Shown: positions 36,564 through 47,605 of the stretch, piece by piece | How the letters are laid out: every line of letters begins with the position of its first letter | Position numbering within the stretch: position 1 is the first letter of the stretch | From: Scenedesmus sp. PABB004 | Taxonomy: Eukaryota | Direction: 5' to 3' | DNA length: 64,000 nucleotides | Assembly (NCBI GenBank): GCA_014905635.1 | Contig: JABVCE010000002.1 | Span: 2,170,001 to 2,234,000 of the forward strand | The notes under the pieces: model-generated | What the model was told of the DNA's origin: nothing | What the model saw: only the letters and a program-made list of their open reading frames with translations | Databases searched by the model: none | Position numbers and translations under genes: made by a program

Positions 36564-39212
36564 TCAGTGCTCGTCCCAGTCCTCCAGCAGCTCCGGCGGA
36601 TGCGCGTCCTGCTGCTGCTGCTGCTGCTGCTGTGGCAGCGGGCGGCGCTCGAGCTCGCCCTCCAGCAGCAGCTCCAGCAGCTCGCTGAAGTCCTCGTCCG
36701 CCGACACCTGGCCCATCGCGGCGTCGCCCGGCAGGGCAAAGCCGCCCGGCGGGCCGGGCGGGAGCGGCTGGCCAGCGCCCGGCGCGGGCGCGGCGGTGGG
36801 CGCCGCCGCCGCCGCCGCCTCCGCCGCCGCCGGGGCAGGCGCGTCTGCTGCCGCAGCGCTGCCCTGCCGCGGGGCCTGTGACGCCTGGTTCTGTGGCTGC
36901 GCCGGCGCTTGCTGCCTGGGGTCGCCGAGGCTGATGCCGGCCAGGTCGCTCCGCAGCACGCACGTGCTGCTCACACAGGGGCTCGCCGCCGCGCTGCCCG
37001 CGGAGCTGCCCGCCGCCAGCTGCGGCTGGAACGCCGGCACACCAAACGGCGAGCGCAGCGCCGGCTGGCTCGCCGCTGCCGTGGCCGAGTGCAGCCGGCT
37101 GGCACTGTCGGGCGGGCCGGCGTGCGGGCCGGCGGGGCTGCTGAGCTGGCTGGCGGGCGAGGGCAGCTGCTCCTGCTTGAACTGCGGCAGGCTCAGCGGC
37201 GGCGGACGACCGGCGCCGCCGCTCAGCGGCTCCTGCTCAACCTGGACGTGGAACTCCTGCTGCACCTGGACGTGGCAGAGCTTCTGGCGCTGTGCTCCGC
37301 GCTCCGCTGCGCCGTCGGCCGGCGACAGCGGCACGCTCCACTGCTGGGCCAGGGCGGCTGCGCCGCCGCTGGACACGGCGTGCAGCTTGGGCGGCGCGCT
37401 GCGCTGCTCGGCGAGCGCGGCGACAGGGGCCGTGAAGCCCGCGCCGTGCTGCTGGGCCAGCTGCTGCACTTGCCACGCACTCTGGCCCCCGCAGGGCTGC
37501 AGCGTGCCCTGCAGCGGCTGCGCCCCCGGCTGGCCCCCCCAAAGCTGCTGGTGGTGGTGCTGCTGGTGCGCCTCCTGCGCCACGATGGCCGCCTGCTGCT
37601 CGTAGAAGAGCGCCAGCGCGTCCAGCCGCCGCTGCGGCGCCGGCTGCGCCCCAGCCCACGCGGCGTCGAGCTGCGCGAAGCGGCTGAGACGCGCGAGGCC
37701 ACCGGGCGGCGCGCCGCACAGCGCCGGGTCCTCGGCCAGCCGCCCGCCGGCGGGCGCGCCGCCGCCTGCGACGCGGCCGCGCCCGCCTGCCGCGCACCCG
37801 GGGTGGCTGAAGCGCGCGAGCGCCGCCAGCCCGCCGCCGCACGCCGCGCCGTCGGCGCTGGGCGCGGGCAGGCGCTCGCGCGGCGCGCCGCCGGCGCTGC
37901 CGGGGCGCTTGGCGCCGCGCCGGCGCGCGCGCGCGCGCGCCGCCCACGGGCGAGCGCTGATGGGCCTCGCCCGCGCCGTCGTCGTCAAACTCGGACGCAG
38001 TGGACGCCGACGAGGCCGCGTTGATGCAGCGCAGCGCCTCGAGCGCGCGGCTGGCCGACGAGCGGCGCAGGCTCGTGCGCGAGCTGCTGACCGCGCCGAG
38101 CGCCGCTGCGGCGCCGGCCGCCACGCCCGGCGCGAGCAGCAGCGGCGAGCCGTCGAAGCGCGTCGCCGCGTTGCAGCTGTCGCCGGCGCTGGGGTCGGGG
38201 CTGCCCCGCGCGTTGCTGCCGCCCGCGCCGCCGCGCGGCTCCTGCGAGCCGCCGCGCTCGCCCTCCGCCGCGGGCAGGCCGCACTCGCCTCCCTTGTTCA
38301 TGCGCTGCTCGCGGCGGCGGTTGTTGTGGCGCTTGAGGCGCGAGCGGCAGCTCCTGCGGGCGTCGGCGGCGCGGCGGCGCGTGGCGCGGCCGCCCGGGGG
38401 CCCCTGCGCGGCGCGCCTGCCCGCCCACGGCGGGCCCCGCCGCACCGCTTGTTGGCATCGAACTCGGTGAGCGGCTGGAAGCGCCCGCACCTGCGGCGGG
38501 GCGGCGGGGGCAGGGCAGGGATGGCCCGGCGCGGTGGGCGCCGCGCCGCGCGCGCTGCCCCTTGAACCGCGCCGCGGCCCGCGCGCGCGCCCCGCTCACT
38601 GCTGGCAGAAGCGCGAGTCCACGCCGGCCACGGGCGCCGACATGGCGCCCAGGTGCGCCGCGCACACGCGGTGGCGCTGGTAGTAAGCCTTGCTGCTCGA
38701 CAGCACCGCGCTGCAGCCGTCGACCTGCGCAGGCGCCCGCGCGCGTGGGGGCGCGGCCGCGCGGCGCGGCTCAGCACGGCCCACGCCGGCGGCGGCGGGT
38801 GCGGAGGGCGCGCCGCGCAGCGCGGCCGCGCGCGAGGGTGAGGGCGCGTCGGCGCGGCCCTGCGGGTTCTCGCACTCCGGCGGCGCGGCCGCACCTGGCA
38901 CACCAGCTGCGACTTGGCGGTGCCCCGCCGGCCGGCCCTGGCCGCGCCCTTGGCAGCGGCCGCCTTCTTGGCGCCGCCCGCTTTCTTGGCGCCGCCGCCC
39001 TCGGGCCAGCCCTGCGGCCCCGCCGTGGCGGGCTGCGCCTGCGCGTCTCGCTCGAGCGGCGCGCCCAGCGCGTCGCCGCCGGCCGCCGGCTCGGCCGCCC
39101 ACGCCGGCGCGGCCATGAGCTCGAGCGCCATACTTTCTCTCCGCACCAGCCTGCGGAGCGGTCGCCGCGAGCCGTGAGGGCCTGCCTGCGCCGCCGGCAG
39201 CGGTGCCGCCAT
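36564..39212 (-). CDS. SBP (SQUAMOSA promoter-binding) domain transcription factor; alternative in-frame starts at 39131 and 39116
   Basis: Spliced CQ/VDGC...YYQRHRVCAAH...RFCQQ/CGRFQPLTEFDANKR/SCRSRLKRHNNRRR. The Q-rich C-terminal exon ends at 36564; internal 3' splicing is not fully resolved. Confidence 0.9.
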
Positions 39213-39767
39213 CGCGCCACCGGCTGTGGCCGCGCCGAGGGCTGCGTGAGCTCCAGGGTGGATGAACCCGTTGCAGCACGCAAGCGCGGCCCAGCGCTGG
39301 GCTGCTAGCACCCCGCGCGCGCGGCGGTCCAACCGCGACGAAACGGAGAGGTGCGCACCTCTCGTTGGGCCCTTGCTCACGGCGCCATGCCTACTACGCC
39401 GCGCGCCGGACCTACTACTGTCGCCGCGCGCTGCGACACGCCGGCCGGGGCTGTGTGGGGCGCGGCGCGCGGCGGCAGCAGTACGTGTCCTCCCGCCTTC
39501 TCGCTGACCCCTCTGCCGCGGGCTCCCCGCGCGCCCAGGGCGTGCCCGCAGACCCACGTCGCCAGCGCGTCCAGCGCGCCAGCGCGAGCTCGGCGGGCGC
39601 GGCGGCCGGCGCGGCCGCTGCTGGCGCGGCGGCGCGACGGCCGCCGGAGCTGGCGTGGCGGCCTAGGGACTGGGGGCTGCCAAGCTGGGAGGGTGGGCGA
39701 GATCGCGCTCGGCCTGGCGCCGGCGGCGCCACGCCAGCGGTCGCGGCGTGCCCGGCGCGCTGCGCGC
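38998..39767. repeat. Copy 1 of a ~770-bp direct duplication (SBP 5' coding and upstream region)
   Basis: Near-identical to 40513-41305. Confidence 0.95.
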
Positions 39768-40512
39768 AGCGCGTGTCGCGCGAGATGAGCGACCTGGCGG
39801 ATGAGCGCTCAGCGCCCCGCTGCTGCTGCCCTGCCCTGCAAACCACTCACTCGATGCGCACACACGCGGCAGCTGACCCAAGCTGCCCAGTTCAGACCAC
39901 ACCCGCTGGCTGTAGCGCTTGCGCGCACCTACCAGTCCTGAGCGCTGCGGCCAGTCCAACCGCTGCACACAGGGAGATGCCGGCTCGGGCGCACTCGCGG
40001 TTGGCTGCCCAACCCAGTGCTCTGCGGCGGGTGCGCTGCGTCGCGATCGGCGCCTGGCTTTCCTTTCCTGCCCCCCCTGGGCGAAACCGGCTGTTTGACG
40101 GTACCGGCGCGCGGGCTCGCTGCCGGGCTTCGTCGGGCGCTCAGGTTACCTCTGCTGGCGCTGTACCGGGTTCTCGGGGGCGGCTCGTCCCTCGCGGGGC
40201 GCGCCTATCTTCCCCCAGCAAGCACGCAGACCGGGCGAACCCTGCCCCGTCAGCAAGGTCGCCCTCGCAGCAAATCGTGCATCAATCCCCACGCGCCAGG
40301 TGCGCCTCGCAGCAGCACCAGCAACTGTTCAAAAAGGCATGCAAGGGACCCAGCCACACACAGCAGGGGGGCACGGTCGCTGCCATGCGCGGTCAGCCGC
40401 GCTGCAGTACATTACCCGGTGTCACCGCTGCTGCGCGCAAGCCCATCAGCTTCATTCCTGGCCGGCTCCAGGCCTGGCCTCCATCGGGCAGCAGCCCCCA
40501 TCGGTGCTGACA

Positions 40513-41305
40513 CCCTCGGGCCAGCCCTGCGGCCCCGCCGTGGCGGGCTGCGCCTGCGCGTCTCGCTCGAGCGGCGCGCCCAGCGTGTCGCCGCCGGCCG
40601 CCGGCTCGGCCGCCCACGCCGGCGCGGCCATGAGCTCGAGCGCCGTACTTTCACTCTGCACCAGCCTGCGGAGCGGTCGCCGCGAGCCGTGAGGGCCTGC
40701 CTGCGCCGCCGGCAGCGGTGCCGCGCGGCACGTGCGCGATGGTGCACCATCGCGCCACCGGCTGTGGCCGCGCCGAGGGCTGCGTGAGCTCCAGGGTGGA
40801 TGAACCCGTTGCAGCACGCAAGCGCGGCCCAGCGCTGGGCTGCTAGCACCCCGCGCACGCGGCGGTCCAACCGCGACGAAACGGAGAGGTGCGCACCTCT
40901 CGTTGGGCCCTTGCTCACGGCGCCATGCCTACTACGCCGCGCGCCGGACCTACTACTGTCGCCGCGCGCTGCGACACGCCGGCCGGGGCTGTGTGGGGCG
41001 CGGCGCGCGGCGGCAGCAGTACGTGTCCTCCCGCCTTCTCGCTGACCCCTCTGCCGCGGGCTCCCCGCGCGCCCAGGGCGTGCCCGCAGACCCACGTCGC
41101 CAGCGCGTCCAGCGCGCCAGCGCGAGCTCGGCGGGCGCGGCGGCCGGCGCGGCCGCTGCTGGCGCGGCGGCGCGACGGCCGCCGGAGCTGGCGTGGCGGC
41201 CTAGGGACTGGGGGCTGCCAAGCTGGGAGGGTGGGCGAGATCGCACTCGGCCTGGCGCCGGCGGCGCCACGCCGGCGGTCGCGGCGTGCCCGGCGCGCTG
41301 CGCGC
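40513..41305 (-). pseudogene. Copy 2 of the duplication: truncated SBP 5' fragment and upstream region with a 23-nt insertion
   Basis: About 7 substitutions and one insertion versus copy 1; lacks the SBP domain exons. Confidence 0.8.
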
Positions 41306-41780
41306 GCGCCTGAAAATGGGCGGCGGCGCGCCGGCGGGCACGGCGGTGTAAAGCGACGCTGGTGTTGCTGGGGCGGGCGCGCCGGTGCCATGCGCCGAGC
41401 GCCGTGCGGCGCGCGCAGCGGGGGCCCGCTCGGCGGCAGGGCGGCAGTGCGTGCAGCGCAGCGGGGGCTTGGCCTGCCTTGCTGCCTGGTACCGGGGCCT
41501 GGACCGGCGCGGCGGCGCGGCAGCCGGGGCGCGACGCTTCAACCCCGGGGGCGCAGGCGCAGGCCCTGCGCCGCCGCTTGCCCGCCGGCGGCGCCCGCCC
41601 TGGCCCTCCGGCGCCTGCCCCCGCCACCCCGCACACCCCGGCAACCAGCGGCCGCCTCCAGCCGGCCCACGTCGCCTAAAGGGGTGCACGTCGATCTCCA
41701 GGCCCTCCCCCGCCGCGCCTGGCCCTCGCGGCGCCCCGCAGCCCCGCCCCGGCGAGAGCGGCCGACGCCCGCCCCACGAC

Positions 41781-42083
41781 ATGCAGGCCCTGCGCGCCGC
41801 GGTGGCCCGCGCCGGCCTGGCGGGCCGGCGCGGCATGACCACGGCCGCGCAGCTGGCCGCGGAGGAGGCCAAGCCCAAGGGCAGCATCATTGACACCATC
41901 GGCGTCTACACCGCCGTCCCCGCGGCCCTGGGCGTCTTCGTCTACGACATCTTCATCCATCCCGAGGAGGAGTTCGAGGGCGAGGTGCCCCCGTACCCCT
42001 ACATGCGCATCCGCACGCGGGACACGCACCCCTGGGGCGAGCGGGGGCTGTTCGAGGTGCACCGCCACGTCGCCGAGAAGTGA
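41781..42083 (+). CDS. COX6A: Cytochrome c oxidase subunit 6a, intronless
   Basis: Presequence MQALRAAVARAGLAGRRGM, one TM segment, and PYPYMRIRTRDTHPWGERGLFE matching the COX6a C-terminal signature. Confidence 0.85.
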   Translation: MQALRAAVARAGLAGRRGMTTAAQLAAEEAKPKGSIIDTIGVYTAVPAALGVFVYDIFIHPEEEFEGEVPPYPYMRIRTRDTHPWGERGLFEVHRHVAEK

Positions 42084-42494
42084 GCGCCCCGCGGCAGCGG
42101 CAGCGGCAGCAGCGGCGGCGCGCCTGGCGGCGGCGCCCGCTGTCGTGCCGCGGGCGCCGGGCCGGAGCGTCGCCACCAGGGCAGCCGGCCCGCGCGGCGC
42201 GTGCGGCGACGGGCCCGCACCGGCAGCCGCGCACCGGCGGCCGCAGCGGCGGCGGAGCAGCGGCGGCAGCGGCCCGCGCGCGCAGCGGCCCGCGCGGCGC
42301 AGCGGCGAGCACCGGGCGCGCGGGGAGGGAGGGCTGTATTGTAGCGGCCCGCTGCGACGGCCGCGCGGGCGCGTGCACTGCACGCCGTGCAGCACCCAGG
42401 CGCGGCGTGCGGGCTGAGGCCACGGCGCAGCGTGTGCGGCGTGTGCGGCGGCGACGCGAACGACGCAGCGGCGGGGTGTGCATCATCATCATAG

Positions 42495-42499
42495 TGTAA
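42495..42499 (+). promoter_or_regulatory. TGTAA polyadenylation signal for COX6a
   Basis: TGTAA about 410 nt after the stop codon. Confidence 0.5.
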
Positions 42500-42856
42500 A
42501 CGGCAGCACGTGGACCAGCAGCAGGCGCCGCGCCCGGCGCGCTGCGCTGCGACGCGCTCGCTGCGCTTCGCGCAGAACCGCGCGCCCAGCTCGCCCTTCT
42601 CTAGCCCGTAGTCAGGATGACAGCCCAGCCAGAGGTCACCGCTGCGCTCGCGCCCTCGTGCCGCGTCTGCTGCGGCTGCGCACGCTCGCGGCCACGCCCG
42701 CCGCCGGCGCCGGCGCGCCCCCGGCAGCGCGCGCGCCGCGCTCGGCTGCTAGTGCAGGGCCAGCGCGTCCTATCACGAGCGCGCCTGGGCGGGCCGCGTC
42801 GGGCATCGGCCGCAGGGGCCCGTGGCAGCAGCAGCAGCGCGGCGTCCGCGGCCGCC

Positions 42857-45800
42857 ATGGTGCGTGCCGGCGCCGGGCGATGCCCTGCGGCCGCCACGTG
42901 GCAGGCACCAGCCGCCTCCACGCCTGGCCTCGCTGGCGGAGCGGCCGGGCGACCCGCCGCCGCCGCCGCCACCGCCGCCGCCGCTGCAGGCGGCCCGCTC
43001 GGCAGCGCGGCAGCTGCTGGCGCTCCAACGTGCCGCCAGCAGGGCGGCCTTTGGCGGCCCGGCCGGCGGCGCCGCGGGCGGCGCGCGGCGCTGTGCGAGC
43101 GGCGGCGCGGGTGAGCTGCAGGGCGCGCCGGCGCTGCGTGCGGCCAGCGGCGCTTCCGCCGCTGGCAGCGGCTCGGCGCGTCGTGCCGCCCGAGCGCCCC
43201 TCTGCGCCGCCGCGCAGGCGCCGACGCAGAGGCGCAGTCAGCGGCGCGCCGCGTCGGCAAGCTCCTGGCCGCCGCGCTGCCGCTCTCGGCCGGCGGCGCG
43301 CTCTGGTGGCGCTCCACTGCGCAGCCGCACGGCCCGTCGCCCCGCCAGGCGCGCTGCGCTTGGCTCGGCGGCGCGCGGCTCGGCGGGGCGGCCCCCGGCG
43401 GCGGTGCGGGTGCCGACGACGTCCGCGGTGCCAACGGGCCGCCGCGGCGCAGGTGCCGGCGTCTGGCGAGACGGTCGTGAACTGGAGCGCCACGCACACC
43501 GCGCAGCCGACGTGCGCCGCCCCCCTCACGCGCGCGCCGCCGGCTGCGCGCGCCACCGCTGTGGCCGCCACACCGCTGCGCCGCTGCCGCGCCGCTGCCG
43601 CAGGCGGTTCTACCAGCCGGAGAGCCAGGAGGACGTGGAGGCGATCGTCGCGGACTGCGCGGCCGCGCGGCGGCGCCTGCGCGTCGTCGGCAGCGGGCTC
43701 AGCCCCAACGGCGTGGGGTTTAGCGATGACGGCATGCTGAGCATGGCGCTGCTCGACCGCGTGCTCTGGGTCGACCCCGCCAGCATGCAGGTGGCGGCGC
43801 GGCCGGCGCGGCGCGCCGCGCGCGCTGCCGCGGCGCGGCGTGGGGCGGGCGCGCGGGGCGCCGCCGCCGAGCGCCCTCCACGCCGCGCGCGCGCGCCAGG
43901 TTCGCGTTGAGGCGGGGTGCCGCGTGCAGCAGGTCGCGGACGCGCTCAAGCCGTACGGCCTGAGCCTGCAGAACTACGCCAGCATCCGGGAGCAGCAGAT
44001 CGGCGGCTTCACGCAGGCGCGCCGCCGCCGCGCCGCGCCGCGCTTGCTCGTCGGCACACCGCCGCCCGCGCTCGGGCGCGCGCACTCGCGCCGTGCCGCG
44101 CGTTCGCGCCGCGACGCCACGCCGCGCCGCGCCGCGCCGCGCCGCGCCGCAGGTCTCCGCGCACGGCACGGGCGCGGGCATCCCGCCGGTGGACGCGCAG
44201 GTCGTGTCGCTCAAGCTCGTCACGCCCGGCCAGGGCGTGATCGAGCTCAGCGCGGCGCGCGAGCCCGAGCTCTTCGCGCTCGCCCGCGTCGGCCTGGGCT
44301 GCCTCGGCGTCGTCACGGAGCTCACGCTGCAGGCGCGCACGGCGCCGCGCAGCACGCAGCGTGCGGCGCGCACGGCGTGCGGGGCGCCGCAGCGCGGCCG
44401 TCCGTGCGCCCGCACACGCTTGCGAGCCGCGCGCGCGGGCGCCGCACCCGCCGCGCCGCGCCGCGCCGCGCCGCGCAGGCGGTGCCGGCGCAGCGCCTGC
44501 GCGAGCGCACGTTTGTGGCGAGCGGGCGCGAGGTGGCGCACAACCACGCGGCGTGGCTGCGGGACAACCGGCACCTCCGCTACATGTGGCTGCCCTATAC
44601 GGACAGCGTGGTGGTGGTGCAGGTGCGGGCGCAGCCCTCTCTAATCTCTCAATGCTCCGGGTACCTCTGCGCACGGCCAACCCCCTGACCCCCCGCCGCC
44701 GCGCGCCGGGCGCAGGTCAACCCCGAAGGCCCGCCCGCGCGGCCCTCCGCGCCGCTGGCCGGCGGCGCCGGCGGGGGCGCCGCCGGTGGCGCGGGCGGCG
44801 GCGCCGCGATGAGCCCGTACGGTGACGTGGTGCAGGAGGAGGCGGTGGACGAGAAGTGAGCCAGCGGCGCGCAGGGGCGGCCGGGCCAGGCTGCGCCTGG
44901 CAGGCAGGCAGCAGAGGGCCGCTCGCGCGCGCGCGGGCGCGGGCGCCGTCCCTGCGCCGAGGCGCGCCGCGCGCCGCCCGCGGCCCGCGCGCGCAGGGCG
45001 CTGGCGCACCGCCTCGCGCCGCTGCGGCAGCTGCTCGCGTCCGAGGTGCCCGGCGCGGCGAGCGGCGCGGCGGGCCTGAGCGCCACGGAGCTGCGCGACG
45101 CGCTGCTCGCGCTGCGCCCGCTGGACCGCGCCTGGGTGGCGCGCGTCAACGCCGCCGAGGCGGAGTTTTGGAAGCGGTGCGCGCCTGGCGCGCGCCGCCG
45201 CGCAGCGCCCGGCCGCGACCACCCATGCGGCGCGCCCCGCGGCCGCGCGCGCGCGCCCCGCAGGTCGTCCGGCACGCGCGTGGGCTGGGCGGACCAAATC
45301 CTGGGCTTTGACTGCGGCGGGCAGCAGTGGGTGCTCGAGGTGGCGTTCCCCATCGGGCGCGCCGGCGACGTGACGAGCCCCGAGCGCACCAGCAGCACGT
45401 GCGCGGCGCGGCGGCGCGCGCGCCGGCGCCCCTCCGCGCCCTGCGCGGCCCCCGCCGGCCAGGCACCCTCGCGCGGGCGCCCCCCCCCCCCCCCCCCCCG
45501 GGCCAGCCTGCGCAGCCTATCCACCGCGCCGCCGCCCCCCCCCCCCCCCCCAACACACACACACAGGGACCTCGCCTACATGCGGGAGCTGCTCCGCACG
45601 ATCGAGGCCGCCGGCCTGCCCGCGCACGCGCCGATCGAGCAGCGCTGGACCGCGAGCAGCGCGTCGCCGCTCTCGCCCGCCGCGGCGGGGCCGGGCACGG
45701 CGGGGCCCGCCGCGCCCGACACCGTGCACTCCTGGGTGGGCATCATAATGTACCTCCCCTCCGACGACCCCGGCCAGCGCGCCGCCATCACGGACCGGTG

Positions 45801-46278
45801 CGGCGCCGCGCCCACGCGCGCGCGCGCCGCGCCCACGTCGCGCCGCGCCCACGTCGCCGCGCCCACGTCGCCGCGCCCACGTCGCGCCACGCCCACGCCC
45901 GTGCCCCCGCGCCGCGCCGTGCCCCCGCGCCCGCCGCGCCCACGACGCCCCCGCGCCGCGCGCCGCCGCCGCAGCTTCCGTGAGTACGCCGACCTGGTGC
46001 AGGAGCGCCTGATGCCGCGCTTCGGCGCGACGTGGCACTGGGCCAAGATTGAGGCGCCGACCAGCCCCGCCCGCCTCGCCGCGATGCGCGCCGCGCTCGC
46101 GGCCCGCTTCCCGCTCGGCGCCTTTGCCGCGGCGCGCGCGCGGCTCGACCCGCACAACGTCCTCGGCAGCGAGATGCTCGACCAGCTGCTCGGGCCGCCG
46201 GGCGCGTCGGGCGCGCCGGGCGCGGCGGCGGCGGCGGCGGCGGCCGAGGCCGGGGCCGGGGCGGCGGCGCGGGCGTAG
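42857..46278 (+). CDS. GLDH: L-galactono-1,4-lactone dehydrogenase (mitochondrial; last step of ascorbate synthesis), multi-exon
   Basis: VNWSATH, RVVGSGLSPNG (Leu at the covalent-His site, as in GLDH), LQNYASIREQQIGGFTQ, ILGFDCGGQQWV, PIEQRW, SWVGIIMYLP, HWAKIE and LDPHNVL. Confidence 0.93.
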
Positions 46279-47605
46279 CGGGGCGCTGTGCGTGCGGGGT
46301 TACACCACCATCCGCGCGGCAAGTCCGTGCAGGCCGGCGCCGGGGAGCAATATGCTGTCTCCAAAGGGGCGGCGGCGACAGCATGCAGCACGCGTATGGG
46401 TCCGTGCCGGACCGTGCCGCGCGCGCGGCCAGTGTGCAAACGACGCCACATCGATGCCCCTTCTTCTCGCCAGTCAATCAATTGAGACCGCCGCGCGCCC
46501 AGCAGCGGCTGCAAGCCCGCAGAGTCGGGTCGGCCCACAAACCCTGCGCGGGCGCCTGCCCCCCCCCCCCCCATCACCATCCACGCAGTGTCGGCCGCGG
46601 TGGCGGCGGTCTGTCAAGTGCCACCCCTGCCACCCCTGCAGTGCCACCCCCGCATCAGGCACACGCACACCATGGTGATACACATACAACGCGCAAGAGC
46701 CTGGTCGGGGCATGGGGGCGCCAGTGCACCTCGCGTCGATTGGGGCCGGCCGGAGCAGCAGCGAGCGCCGGCCGATCGCGGGGCCGGCACAGCGAGAGAG
46801 AGAGAGCGTGAGGGCAAGTGGCAGCGCGGATGGCGCGCGCGCCCGCAGCAGGGACAGCAGACGCCGTCTGCCGCTGCGGTGCAATGCATGCATACGGCTG
46901 CCTCTGATGGCCAGATGGTGGCACCAGATCGAGGCGCCCACAGTTGAAACGAGCGGGCGGCGCGAGCGCGGCGGCCGGCTCGCCGGCGCCCGAGCAAGGA
47001 AGCCCTCCAACGCAGCAAGCAGCAAGCAAACCGTGCATCAAAAGCACGAGCGGGAGGCGCGCTCGCTCGTGCTCCGCGCCCGCCGCGCAGCACGGCGCGG
47101 CGGGCGCGGACGTATACCTCGGACCTACACCTCGCATGCTGGCGCGATCAACACCAGCATGACGCTCTCGGGCCCGAGGCCTGCGCCCCGGCCAGTCAGT
47201 CCAAGCCCGCAGCTGCCCCGCCGCCCTGCACAGGCTGCAAAGCCTGCACCCCGCGCCAGACAGGGGCGCCTCGTCCGCGTGCGTTGCGCGCCCGCGGCCC
47301 CCCGCCGAGCGCCCAATGCGTGGCCAGCACAGCCGATGCCCTACAGACGGAGCGTGGCGGTCGGGCGCGCGCGCCGGCGCGGCAGTCTCGGGCCGCCTCC
47401 AGCGCGGCGGGAGGAGCGCCGCGTGGAAAGAGACAGAGCCAAGCCCAAGCACACAGTGGATGCAGCCCACAAGTTGAGCAGCCAACAAGCAGCCAACCCA
47501 GCCACCCTGCGGGTGCACGCGGCGCCCCCACCCGGCGTAGACCGCGCGAGGCCCGCGCGCAGCAGAGAGCCCCAATGCGCAGTGCCTGCGCGCAGAGGTG
47601 CGCGC

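Noticed and set aside
40100..40410. GTAC sites upstream of the SBP gene as autoregulation
   Set aside because: Three 4-mers in about 750 bp is not clearly above chance.
39768..40512. Spacer as a transposon
   Set aside because: No terminal inverted repeats, LTRs, short target-site duplication or transposase motif were seen; its origin is unresolved.
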